From: Candidatus Norongarragalinales archaeon
Lineage (GTDB): Archaea; Micrarchaeota; Micrarchaeia; Norongarragalinales; DASYRB01
DNA length: 64,000 nt
Reading direction: 5' to 3'
Assembly: GCA_036004805.1 (NCBI GenBank)
Contig: DASYRB010000014.1
Span: 21,330-85,329, forward strand
Within the stretch, counting starts at the first letter, position 1; every line of letters begins with the position of its first letter. A model generated the notes under the pieces. It was not told the origin of the DNA and searched no databases. It saw nothing but the letters and a program-made list of their open reading frames with translations. The translations under genes were made by a program, and so were the position numbers. Of the stretch, positions 34,574 through 43,940 are shown in pieces.

Positions 34574-34987
34574 ATGGTTAGAGTTCCTCTAGAAACAAAA
34601 GCTGGCAGAGTAAAGTCACGTTCTTGGGATCGATTGGGCGCTCCGATTACCGGTTTTGGTGCTAGGTTGTTGAAGAAGAGACACGAGAAAGCGGCTTTGA
34701 TGAATGAAGAGATGGCAAGGTTTTTGGAAAAGCACAGGGAAGAGCTTTCTCGCGGTAAAATGCCTCAAGAACTGCCAAAAATGAGCGGAATTTCTAGATG
34801 GGCCAGAGAGCAAGTAAATCCTCGGCCGGAAGCTCACGTGCTACACAGGCAAAGAATTGATGCGACTATTTATCTTTTGCACGGAAGAGCTAAGGCACAC
34901 GGTCTTGAAGTTTTTGCGTTGAACCAGTTTCTTGAAGCGAGAAAAAAAGTAGGCGGCGGACCGAAGTTCAGAAAACCCCCGCTCTGA
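34574..34987 (+). CDS. Hypothetical basic protein
   Basis: 137-aa ORF filling the gap between truD and aRF1. No family is recognised and the coding status is uncertain. Confidence 0.4.
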   Translation: MVRVPLETKAGRVKSRSWDRLGAPITGFGARLLKKRHEKAALMNEEMARFLEKHREELSRGKMPQELPKMSGISRWAREQVNPRPEAHVLHRQRIDATIYLLHGRAKAHGLEVFALNQFLEARKKVGGGPKFRKPPL

Positions 34988-34991
34988 ACTA

Positions 34992-36095
34992 TTAAGACTG
35001 TTTCTTGTAGCGCAGGAAAGCGCCCACGCCTTTGAATGTCGCTTCGAATTGTTGTCCTTCCGGAGTCTCAGTGCTTACAACGTCGACTGGGACGTTTTGT
35101 GACTCTGCGATCGCGATTATGTCTTCTGATTCGTCAAACTTTTCTGAAACAAGTATTCGCTCTGCGCGTTTTTCTTTCAGGGCCTGCCGCACCGCCTCAA
35201 TTCCATAAAGCGCGAGTCCGCCTTTCACGACTTCGTCAAGGAATCTCGCGAGCAACTTCTTCTCAATGATCGCTTCTTGTTCCGCGATGATGTCGCCGCT
35301 CTTTTCCAACACTTCACGAATGCCGTACTCGTCCGTATAACCAGTGTCGACCACTCCAAGAACTTTCAGTTGATAGTTCCACGGCGCCATTTTCACGAAT
35401 CCTTCTTTCGCAGGTCCGGGTCCGCCGATGATGACTCCCTTGAGTCCTTTTTCGCTCACGAACGCGTCCATCGCTTCACCTATGCGCTTGTAATAGAACT
35501 CGACTCCTTCCGTGTGCAGGCGCATATAGCGAGCTGCCGATTGTCCTCCCTTGTGGACTTTCTGGTGCGCCGTACTTTCAAGCCGCTTGACTATCTTGAC
35601 CGCTTTGCCTTTCAGGATCGCAACGGTAGCTTCTTTGCCATCCATCACGACGAGTCCGTACGTTCCCTTGCTTTCTAGAATCTCTTCGAGTGGCGCGGTG
35701 ATGAATGTCGACTCGCATCTGTAGAATGAAACGTGCAGTGGAGCTGGAGGAACTATTGGAAACAGTCTGATGTCCGTTCTTCCTTCGACTTCCGAAATGT
35801 TGCCGCAAAATATCGCCATGCCGTTCTTGGGCGCTTTCGGCGTGGTTTTCAAGAAATTGATTATTTTATCGAGAGCATCTTGCACGTTCTGGCGCGTGCT
35901 CTTGCTTTTGATGTTGGCTGCTTGTCCGTACTCGTCGCGTAGCTTGTTCATCGTGTCCGGAATCGGCGCTTCCGGCGACAAGTAGACGGTGACGAGCTCC
36001 GTGCCTCTGCCATGGAATTTCTTGACTTCGTCAACGAGCTTCTTGAACTCGAAATATTCTTTGGTTTTTTCCAGAGGTTCGGCCATGCTTGCCAC
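34992..36095 (-). CDS. prf1: Peptide chain release factor aRF1
   Basis: The NIKS motif (AANIKSKSTR) and the GGQ motif (HKGGQSAARY) are present in eRF1-like three-domain order. At 367 aa it is somewhat short for the family. Confidence 0.9.
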   Translation of the reverse strand: MASMAEPLEKTKEYFEFKKLVDEVKKFHGRGTELVTVYLSPEAPIPDTMNKLRDEYGQAANIKSKSTRQNVQDALDKIINFLKTTPKAPKNGMAIFCGNISEVEGRTDIRLFPIVPPAPLHVSFYRCESTFITAPLEEILESKGTYGLVVMDGKEATVAILKGKAVKIVKRLESTAHQKVHKGGQSAARYMRLHTEGVEFYYKRIGEAMDAFVSEKGLKGVIIGGPGPAKEGFVKMAPWNYQLKVLGVVDTGYTDEYGIREVLEKSGDIIAEQEAIIEKKLLARFLDEVVKGGLALYGIEAVRQALKEKRAERILVSEKFDESEDIIAIAESQNVPVDVVSTETPEGQQFEATFKGVGAFLRYKKQS

Positions 36096-36132
36096 TAGTT
36101 TTTGTTACGAATTAGAATTATGGCGATGGTCG

Positions 36133-37449
36133 CTATTTAACGCGCTTTTTCGGCTCGATGCTTTCCAGACCATTCGCGTACTTGCGCAGAACCTTCGGCA
36201 CTTCCACACTGCCGTCTTCTTGCTGGAAGTTCTCCAAGATCGCCGCGAGAATGCGGGGGGTCGCGAGGGCGGTGCTGTTTAGAGTGTGCACCCATTCCTT
36301 CTCATCTTCGCCCTTCGCGTTCTTCCTTCCCGTGCGGAATCTAATACCACTGCGTACGGCTTGGTAAGAGTGGCAGTTGCTGCAAGAACCCATCTCGCGA
36401 TAAGCGTTCTGCACGGGCATCCATGCCTCGAGGTCGTACTTCTTCGCAGCCACGATTCCCAAGTCTCCTGTGCAGACGTTGACGATGCGGTATGGCAGTT
36501 CTAGCTCTTGGAAGATGAACTCGATGTTCTTGATGAGTAGCTCGTGCCACTTCGCGCTGTCTTCGGGCCTGCAAAAAACGAATTGTTCGACCTTGTGGAA
36601 CTGGTGAACGCGAAAGATTCCTTTCTGATCTTTTCCATGAGCCCCGGCCTCTTTGCGGAAACAAGGAGAAACTCCAGCATAGAGCAAAGGCAGTTGCTCA
36701 TTGTCCAAGAGCTCGCTGTTGTGCAGCGCAAGAATCGGATGCTCGCTCGTTGGAATCATGTAGAGGTCTTCGTTCTCGATCTTGTAGATCGTGTCTTCGA
36801 AGTCAGCGAGCGAGGTGGCGCCTTCGATCATTTTCTTGCGCAGCATGTACGGCGTGTCGAGCAGCGTGAAACGCTTGTCCGCGAGCACGTCGAGCGCGAA
36901 GTCCAGCAATCCATGTTGCAGGCGGACGAGCTCGTTCTTGAGGTAGTAGAACCTAGCACCTGCGGCGTTGGCCGCGCGTTCCAAGTCAGCAACGTCCAGC
37001 GTTTGTAGGAGTTCGACGTGGTCGCGTGGTTTGAACTTGAATTTTTGGATCTTGCCCCACTTGCGCACCTCGACGTTATCCGTGTCATCCTTTCCGAAAG
37101 GCACTGATTTGTCGGTGAGGTTGGGCAATCCGAGAAGTATTTCGCGAATTCTTGAGGCGTCTTTTTCGATCTTGGTCTCGATCTTGGCTATTTCTTCGGG
37201 AACGCTCGCGGCTTTCTTGATAACGGCGTGTGCTTCTTTCTCTTTTCCGGCTTTCTTGAGCTCGCGGACTTGGTCGGTGAGCTTGTTGCGGCTTGCGCGT
37301 AGTTCTTGCGATTCTTGCATGAGCTCGCGCTGCTTCTTGTCGAGCGAGAGAGCTTCTTCTAGGAGCTTGGAGAGCTCGTGCTGTTGTCGCTTCTTGAAGT
37401 CCTTCTTGGCTTCATCGTGGTGTTCTCTGAGCCAGCGGATGTCTAGCAT
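36133..37449 (-). CDS. serS: Seryl-tRNA synthetase
   Basis: 438 aa with an N-terminal coiled-coil arm and class-II core motifs (FRKEAGAHGKD..GIFRVHQFHKVE, GSCSNC..YQA.R, HTLNSTALATPR). Confidence 0.95.
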   Translation of the reverse strand: MLDIRWLREHHDEAKKDFKKRQQHELSKLLEEALSLDKKQRELMQESQELRASRNKLTDQVRELKKAGKEKEAHAVIKKAASVPEEIAKIETKIEKDASRIREILLGLPNLTDKSVPFGKDDTDNVEVRKWGKIQKFKFKPRDHVELLQTLDVADLERAANAAGARFYYLKNELVRLQHGLLDFALDVLADKRFTLLDTPYMLRKKMIEGATSLADFEDTIYKIENEDLYMIPTSEHPILALHNSELLDNEQLPLLYAGVSPCFRKEAGAHGKDQKGIFRVHQFHKVEQFVFCRPEDSAKWHELLIKNIEFIFQELELPYRIVNVCTGDLGIVAAKKYDLEAWMPVQNAYREMGSCSNCHSYQAVRSGIRFRTGRKNAKGEDEKEWVHTLNSTALATPRILAAILENFQQEDGSVEVPKVLRKYANGLESIEPKKRVK

Positions 37450-37524
37450 GTTATTCGAAAAGGTTGAGGAAGTGTCGGATTAAAAGCGCTGTCTCGAAGC
37501 AGCCCGTCGGTTGCCGGCATCATC

Positions 37525-37532
37525 CTTATATG
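37525..37532 (+). promoter_or_regulatory. TATA-like box upstream of the 1664-aa gene
   Basis: The sequence cttatatg lies about 40 nt upstream of the TTG/GTG start at 37570/37573. Confidence 0.35.
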
Positions 37533-37569
37533 CGACGTTCTTCAGCATAACTATCCAGATAACCAAATC

Positions 37570-40500
37570 TTGGTGGGATTGTTGGGCGCTGCGAAGCGTT
37601 CTTTGAAATCTCCGGCCTCGTTCGGCAACGAGTTGGTTTTTTCTCGGCTAGGGCCTTCCATCTTTTTCGTCTTGCTTTTGTCTGGCTTTGTTTCTGCTTC
37701 TTGTTATTCCGCTCCAGCAACGAATCTGCAGGCGTTCAACAATCCTGGCACATGGTTCGAGACGAACACGCACAATCCTTACGGCAACAATCAGAACTGC
37801 AACAGCAACGTTTACACCTGCCCGTCGGGATACCACCCCAGGATTCATGCGAGTATTGAAACCGAGCCGAGGAACGACGGAAGCGTCAATCCCTGCATCA
37901 GTTCGAGTTGTCCGAACCACCCCGACAAGCTCAGAGTGCGCAATGGAAATACGAACGCGATCGTTCGTGAGGTAGCTGGACCAACCGTCGCATCTCCGCC
38001 CGGCTCGCTATTTCAAAACACTTGGTTCGCTGACGGCGAGAGAGCCATCAAGTTTTCTTTCATTTCCGACAGCTCGGTAGACAATTACTACGGAGTAAAG
38101 GTTGACGACATCGTCTGCGAAGCGGACTCGACCACGTGTACGAACCAGTGCTCTTCAGGACAATATTCTTGCCAAGGAAATAGCCAGATTGCGTGCGAGT
38201 GGGACGGCGCGTGCTGGGTTTGGAGCCAGATTAGCACTTCGTGTCAAGGTGGACAGGTTTGTGTCGCGCCGAACGGTTGTGTTGCTGCGAGCCCAACGCC
38301 GGCACCGGCTTGTTATTTGAACAGTGATTGCGGTTCGAATGGTTACGGCGCGAATTATTGCCAGGGCAGTGACTTGTATCATGACTATCTTTCTTACACG
38401 TGCAACAATCCTGGACAACAAAGCGCTTCATGCTCTTCGAACTCGAACCCGACATTCATACAAACTTGTCAATACGGTTGCTCGAACGGTCAGTGCGCAT
38501 CCGCGCCCACGTACGCGATTTTCGTGAACCTGCAGGACGAGAACGGCGCATTCCAACAGAACGGCCAAATCATTCTCTACAATTCTTCATGGTTCCCGCT
38601 CGACTCAAAGCCCCTGCAGAGCGGACAGACCGCGTTCGTCCAAACCGCTGGCACTTACTATCTAGAAGCCTATTCCGGTACAGGTAATGTCGAGTATTGG
38701 GACACGCGCACTGTGATGGTGTTCAATTCTTACGTTTACGTCACGATGCAGCGAACCACGCCATACGTCGCGCAGGTCGTTGCGAACAAAGATTGCGCGC
38801 TCCAAACCAAGACGAGCTTCTTGCCTGGTGATTGCATTCACGTCGATGTGCGCCTGCACAACCCTGGCAGTGTTGGCGTTCCGGCCGCCGTGAATCTCGC
38901 GGCGAGCAAGCAACAATCGAGCAATTACTGGGACAACCAGACGCACTACGCCGCAATGAACGCGCAAAGCGATGCTTGGTTCGGCTTCGACTCCAATATT
39001 CCATTAAATGCGACGCCTGGCGCGCCGATTTACTTCTCACCCATCGGGCTCGAACAAGCCAGCTCCTATTACGCGATCACTGACATCGGTTCGCAAGCGA
39101 GCGTGACCCTCGCACAGTTGCCTTCGTGCGTTGTGGGTTCTGTGGGATGGTTTGATTGCAATGGTGGAACGTGCAGTTCGATTGGTGGACAAAGTGTAGT
39201 TGAAGGCACACCAGTTACTATGATATCTACTTTCTCTCCGCCTGCTGGTTACAATCAATGCGCGGCTCCTTCGAGCGCGTTGTTCAGTCTTTGGGAGGAT
39301 GACTGGCCTTGGTCTCCTGATGATTTCATGAACAACTTTACAGTTGGCGTTTCGAATGCTTCGTCGCAAATAACGATTGGCGCGCCATTCATTAGCGACC
39401 AGCCATTCGGCTATGGAGATCCAGAATATTACATCAACGTTACCGCCGGAAACTCTAGTGTCAGGTCAATCTCTAGCTTGGAACTTCACGTGACTGAAAA
39501 CATCACGAAACAAAACTTTACTGACGTGATTTCAGCCATGAATGCTTCCTACATCGTTATTGCGCAACCTTTGACCACCGGTCCTAATTTGACGAGCGCG
39601 ATCAACAACCTGACAATCGCCATTCAAGCAAGATATCCGTCGGCAACCGTGAACGTGGTGCAGACGCCGTCATCTGGTCCTGATTTTTGTTTCGTTCCGA
39701 ACGCAAATTGGGGCGCGTTGATAGCTGTCGGTAATGCTGCTGACAATCGTGTTTTTGATTGCATCAGGCCATCGATGCGCAGTAACGGTTTGTTTTTGGA
39801 CTTTAACCCGCAGAACCCGCAGTACGGCGCGCTGTTATTGAACGCAACTGATAACAACTTCGACTCTGTAATCACGGCGACGGAGTTGTTCAAGACGAAC
39901 ACGCCCGTGTCTCCCGGCTTGTTTAGTCGTGCGATCTCGACTTGCTTCTGGGCTTACGGAATTCCTAACTCAGGCAGCCAATTCGTTGGAAGTGCTGCTT
40001 GCACGCTCGTGCCTTGTGCCGGAGTAGCGCCTGCGTTGTCGCAGGATGCCCAAACTCTTGCGTTGTGCGGCGACGAGATGAAGAGCGTTTGGGGACAAGA
40101 CTTGCAAGACATCAATGGTTGGGGACTGCTGGCGACGGCGGGTTGTGGTTTTGTTGGTATCGCTTACGGCATCGATTTCACTCGCACTATAACCGCGGTA
40201 GACACCGCATGCGTTTCCGAACTCGGACTCGCGATACCGGCCACTACGCTAAGGTCTTTGGGTTATGCTGCGGCCGCGCAATTGCCGATCGCGTCTGTCA
40301 GGACTTTCTTGAGGAACATTCGAAAGATCCCGAATATCGGCGAGAACTTGAAGGATGTTTTTGAAGCTGTCGCGGCCAGTAGAAGTTCTTCTGAGCAGGG
40401 AGACATAATGCTTGCTACACAAAAAGTCGCTGCGAATTCGGAACAAGTTTCTCAAAGAGCAGTGAGCTTGCTGAATAAGTGGAAGAGCGAAACTGCATGG

Positions 40501-42564
40501 AGCGCGGTCACGAGATCGAATGCGATTGAGGGCGCGGGTGAAGCTTTCAAACTCGATGACCAGGTCAAGGTTTATGCGAGTGGCGGCACTTGGAATCCTA
40601 ACCCCAGTCAGAACCCGCCATCAGTATGGATTCGCGACCTCGAGACCTATACTGGAAGTGACGTTTCCAGCTCGCACGGCTTGTTGTTGTTCGCTGAGAT
40701 GAGCCCGAAACAACTTAACGTGTTCAGTCAGAACGGTATTGTTGACCTAGGAGAAAGCATTCGCACCAGCGCGCAGGAACTAGGAGTGACGCTGGACTCC
40801 TCTACTGGAATGGTTCGTGGAATCAAGTTCTACAACCAAATGCCCGCCGGCATCGCGAGCGTGTTCACTCCTTCAACCAAAGAGATCACGCTTTCCATTT
40901 CCAACCCGTTCGCCAGCCAACTCATCCCACAAGCCGAGCGCTTGTCAATGGGCGAGTACGAATGGGTCCGTGCCGAGCACCTCGTGTCGCACGAGTTGAG
41001 CCACTCTGTTTTCGATAAGGAATGGCCCAGTTTCTATTCCGGCCAGAACTCGATCATCGCCACGAGCGGCTATGAAGAATATTTTGTGATAAAGCACAAC
41101 CTCATCAAGAAAGCTGACTCGACAAAGTTCGTTCTTGGCGGACAGGTCTTGCTCGACAGGAACCACATGGAAGGCTCGATTCCTTCCCTAGTACAGGAAG
41201 CGCTCGCGCCTCTGGCCGGCGGACAGAACCCGCGAAGGCCGGTTCACTTGCTCTCTCACGTGATCGCTAGAGCCGATGATTTGGGGCGGCCGGCTTACAA
41301 GCAAGCAGTTCTTGCAGAGTTGCAGAACCAAATGATCGCTTTGAGCTATACAGACGGCGTGATTGACGAAGTTTCTGCACAACTGGCATCGAGGCAAGGA
41401 AACAATCTTGCCGACGCGATGAAATCTTCCGCCACCATAATGACTTACAACATTGGAAACACTGGCTGGGCCGGGCTGAACACTATTCAAACAAATCTCT
41501 ACAACAGAATCGATGCTCTGGAATTGCTAATGACCACGCCAAGAACGAGACAAGCACCACAACTACCGCCCGGTGTTTTCGACTCGATTCCCAACTGCCA
41601 GATGGGTGGAAACTGCACGATCAATCAAAGCATCACGCTGGCTGGTGGTTTGCGTTTCTATTACGAAAACGTCGTTGTATTACCGGGCGTCGTGGTTTCG
41701 ATTTATCCAATGCCTGGAAAAAGCTTCGAGCTCGCCGCGCGCGATTCCGTACAAGTTCTCGGAACGATCTCGGCGCGCGAAAACAACATGCCCAACGGAG
41801 CCAGTGGCGCGAACGGCGCGCGAGGCTGGGATGGTTCGGATAACTTGCCGGACGGACTGAAAGGCCAAGACGGCGCTCCCGGCGGCAATGGACAGAACGG
41901 CGGCGCAATAGAGCTCAGTGCAGATCTAGTTGTGGTTTCTGGAGTGATTGACGTCTCGGGCGCTAACGGAGGAAACGGCGGATACGGTGGAAATGGCGGA
42001 AACGGAGGTAATGAGGGACCGCCATTCGCATGCCATGGTCACGCAGGAAACGGCGGAGACGGTGGCAGGGGAGGAATGGGTGGAAATGGAGGAAACGGCG
42101 GAATCATCACTTACTACACGCCGAACTTGCAATTCGCCGGACAAGCATTGCTTGCTGGTGGGACTCACGGCGCTTCAGGAAACGGAGGCATTGGAGGAAA
42201 TCCAGGATCAAACGATGCGCTCTGTTTTAGCGCTAGCGCGCATGCCGGACAACAAGGAGGTCCTGGCGGTATTTATGTTGGGATCTGGCCGTTCGGCTCT
42301 TGGTGGAACGGAGACAACGGACAACAAGGCAGTGTCACGCGCAACAACAGCGTAAAGTATCCAATACCGCAAAACGGAATCATTTCAAACGATGCGGTTT
42401 CAAGAAATGGAATAATCGCGATCGACACGAAAACCAACACGCCAAGCCAGCAAGCGCCACAAGCCACGATAAAAGTTACTGCAACCATAAAACCACAACC
42501 AACGCCGAGCACTACGCCTGTTTCTAGAACTGGCCCGAAGTTCATCGCCATCACGCAAAGTTAA
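37570..42564 (+). CDS. Giant (1664 aa) secreted multidomain protein: CUB-like module, Cys-rich modules, HExxH motif and a Gly-rich GGN-repeat C-terminus
   Basis: The 5-kb ORF is uninterrupted with a non-ATG start (TTG 37570 or GTG 37573). The signal or anchor is IFFVLLLSGFVSASC. The CUB-like segment is at about aa 57-183 and the Cys-rich segments at about aa 183-320. HELSH lies at nt 40990-41004. GGNGG-type repeats span ~41790-42300. Confidence 0.85.
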   Translation: MVGLLGAAKRSLKSPASFGNELVFSRLGPSIFFVLLLSGFVSASCYSAPATNLQAFNNPGTWFETNTHNPYGNNQNCNSNVYTCPSGYHPRIHASIETEPRNDGSVNPCISSSCPNHPDKLRVRNGNTNAIVREVAGPTVASPPGSLFQNTWFADGERAIKFSFISDSSVDNYYGVKVDDIVCEADSTTCTNQCSSGQYSCQGNSQIACEWDGACWVWSQISTSCQGGQVCVAPNGCVAASPTPAPACYLNSDCGSNGYGANYCQGSDLYHDYLSYTCNNPGQQSASCSSNSNPTFIQTCQYGCSNGQCASAPTYAIFVNLQDENGAFQQNGQIILYNSSWFPLDSKPLQSGQTAFVQTAGTYYLEAYSGTGNVEYWDTRTVMVFNSYVYVTMQRTTPYVAQVVANKDCALQTKTSFLPGDCIHVDVRLHNPGSVGVPAAVNLAASKQQSSNYWDNQTHYAAMNAQSDAWFGFDSNIPLNATPGAPIYFSPIGLEQASSYYAITDIGSQASVTLAQLPSCVVGSVGWFDCNGGTCSSIGGQSVVEGTPVTMISTFSPPAGYNQCAAPSSALFSLWEDDWPWSPDDFMNNFTVGVSNASSQITIGAPFISDQPFGYGDPEYYINVTAGNSSVRSISSLELHVTENITKQNFTDVISAMNASYIVIAQPLTTGPNLTSAINNLTIAIQARYPSATVNVVQTPSSGPDFCFVPNANWGALIAVGNAADNRVFDCIRPSMRSNGLFLDFNPQNPQYGALLLNATDNNFDSVITATELFKTNTPVSPGLFSRAISTCFWAYGIPNSGSQFVGSAACTLVPCAGVAPALSQDAQTLALCGDEMKSVWGQDLQDINGWGLLATAGCGFVGIAYGIDFTRTITAVDTACVSELGLAIPATTLRSLGYAAAAQLPIASVRTFLRNIRKIPNIGENLKDVFEAVAASRSSSEQGDIMLATQKVAANSEQVSQRAVSLLNKWKSETAWSAVTRSNAIEGAGEAFKLDDQVKVYASGGTWNPNPSQNPPSVWIRDLETYTGSDVSSSHGLLLFAEMSPKQLNVFSQNGIVDLGESIRTSAQELGVTLDSSTGMVRGIKFYNQMPAGIASVFTPSTKEITLSISNPFASQLIPQAERLSMGEYEWVRAEHLVSHELSHSVFDKEWPSFYSGQNSIIATSGYEEYFVIKHNLIKKADSTKFVLGGQVLLDRNHMEGSIPSLVQEALAPLAGGQNPRRPVHLLSHVIARADDLGRPAYKQAVLAELQNQMIALSYTDGVIDEVSAQLASRQGNNLADAMKSSATIMTYNIGNTGWAGLNTIQTNLYNRIDALELLMTTPRTRQAPQLPPGVFDSIPNCQMGGNCTINQSITLAGGLRFYYENVVVLPGVVVSIYPMPGKSFELAARDSVQVLGTISARENNMPNGASGANGARGWDGSDNLPDGLKGQDGAPGGNGQNGGAIELSADLVVVSGVIDVSGANGGNGGYGGNGGNGGNEGPPFACHGHAGNGGDGGRGGMGGNGGNGGIITYYTPNLQFAGQALLAGGTHGASGNGGIGGNPGSNDALCFSASAHAGQQGGPGGIYVGIWPFGSWWNGDNGQQGSVTRNNSVKYPIPQNGIISNDAVSRNGIIAIDTKTNTPSQQAPQATIKVTATIKPQPTPSTTPVSRTGPKFIAITQS

Positions 42565-42589
42565 AATCCGCACGATTCGTTTCTTTTTG

Positions 42590-43540
42590 ATGAAGGGAAT
42601 CTATCCCATAGCCAAGCCGCGGCAGCAAGGATTCTTCAACGTCACCGACGGATACAAGCTGCACTACTGGCTCATTGGAAACCCGAAAGGCATCCCCGTA
42701 GTTTTTCTCCACGGCGGTCCCGGCGCCGGTTTCGATAAGGAACACACGCGTTTCTTCGACCCGAAAAAGTTCAACGTGCTGCTCTTTGACCAAAGAGGCG
42801 CGGGCAAAAGCACTCCCTTCGCGAGCACCGAGAACAATAACACTCCCAAACTTGTTCAAGACATTCGCGTGCTTGCGCGCCATTTTTTTGGAAACCGCAA
42901 GTTCGCGATTTTCGGAGGCAGTTGGGGCTCGACGCTCGCTCTCGCCTACGCGCTCGCTTATCCGGAAACGGTTTCGGGAATGGTGCTGCGCGGAATCTAT
43001 CTGTGCGGCGAGGATGAGAGTCAAGAGTTTTTTGTTACTGATTCGAAAAAGAACTATCCAGATGCTTACGAACGCTTCATCAAACCCGTCCCGCAGAAAT
43101 TGAGGAACAATTGGCGCTCGATTGTTAGGTTTTACCAGAAAAAGTTTACATCTAAGGAACGTGACCACTTCACGAAAGAATGGGCGCGCTTCGAAGTTTC
43201 AATGTTGAGTCTTGATTTCAGCGAGAAATACATCAACGAAAGTTTGAGAGGCGATTCTTACAAGTCGCTTTCTCCACTGGAAGCGCATTTTTACATCAAT
43301 TCTTGCTTCATGCCCCGTGATTATCTCATTAAGAACGCGCACAAGTTGTCAGGCATTCCTACGCGCATCGTTCACGGCAGGTTCGACCATGTCTGCAGAC
43401 CTATCGACGCATGGAACTTGCACAAAGAGATCAAAGGATCGAAACTGTTTTTTGTTACTGCGGCGCACAGCGCTTCAGAACCAGCCATGCAGGAAAAACT
43501 GCGTGAACAAATGGACGAGATCGGCAGGATTATTTCTTGA
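42590..43540 (+). CDS. pip: Proline iminopeptidase (alpha/beta hydrolase, S33)
   Basis: It has the HGGPG oxyanion motif and the GGSWGSTLA nucleophile elbow, with length and order typical of Pip. ATG 42590 is preferred over TTG 42587. Confidence 0.85.
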   Translation: MKGIYPIAKPRQQGFFNVTDGYKLHYWLIGNPKGIPVVFLHGGPGAGFDKEHTRFFDPKKFNVLLFDQRGAGKSTPFASTENNNTPKLVQDIRVLARHFFGNRKFAIFGGSWGSTLALAYALAYPETVSGMVLRGIYLCGEDESQEFFVTDSKKNYPDAYERFIKPVPQKLRNNWRSIVRFYQKKFTSKERDHFTKEWARFEVSMLSLDFSEKYINESLRGDSYKSLSPLEAHFYINSCFMPRDYLIKNAHKLSGIPTRIVHGRFDHVCRPIDAWNLHKEIKGSKLFFVTAAHSASEPAMQEKLREQMDEIGRIIS

Positions 43541-43940
43541 AGACTTGCGAAATCCTGCCCTTCGCGAGCTTTTTGATTCCGAATTCTGGCTCGCGATCGC
43601 ATTCCAGAATTAGCGCGGGCCACGACATGTGGTTATCAAAAGCAACTTTTAGTCTGCGGTGGCCGTCGAGAACATAGTCGCCACTTCTAGTGCGTAGGAG
43701 AATGACGGGCGAGTGGTATCCGTACTTCAATGCTTTCGCGATCGCGCGGGTTTTTTCTTCAAAAGTCGCTTCGCTTTCTTGTCCTGGAAAAGTGTAAATC
43801 ACGTTCGCGACTTTTTCGGGCGAAAGGTTTTCTTCCTTCACCATGAATCGCGTCTGTGGATAGAGCTTTTCGTAATAACTCTTCAGCCGCGTAAGCAGGG
43901 CGCGTTCTTGCTGTGTCGTTATGAGTTCTGTTAGTGTCAT
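43530..43940 (-). CDS. ParB/sulfiredoxin-fold (ParB-like nuclease domain) protein
   Basis: 136 aa. The core SPVILLRTRSGDYVLDGHRRLKVAF matches the ParB N-terminal/Srx pattern (P.I....g.Y.iiDGhHR..A). Its start overlaps the ppsA stop by 4 nt. Confidence 0.6.
   Translation of the reverse strand: MTLTELITTQQERALLTRLKSYYEKLYPQTRFMVKEENLSPEKVANVIYTFPGQESEATFEEKTRAIAKALKYGYHSPVILLRTRSGDYVLDGHRRLKVAFDNHMSWPALILECDREPEFGIKKLAKGRISQVFKK

Noticed and set aside
41790-42300. Interpreting the Gly-rich GGNGG repeat region of the 1664-aa protein as collagen-like or PE-PGRS-like
   Set aside because: There is no strict G-X-Y triplet periodicity and the context is not mycobacterial. I describe it only as Gly-rich repeats, possibly a beta-helix or a disordered region.
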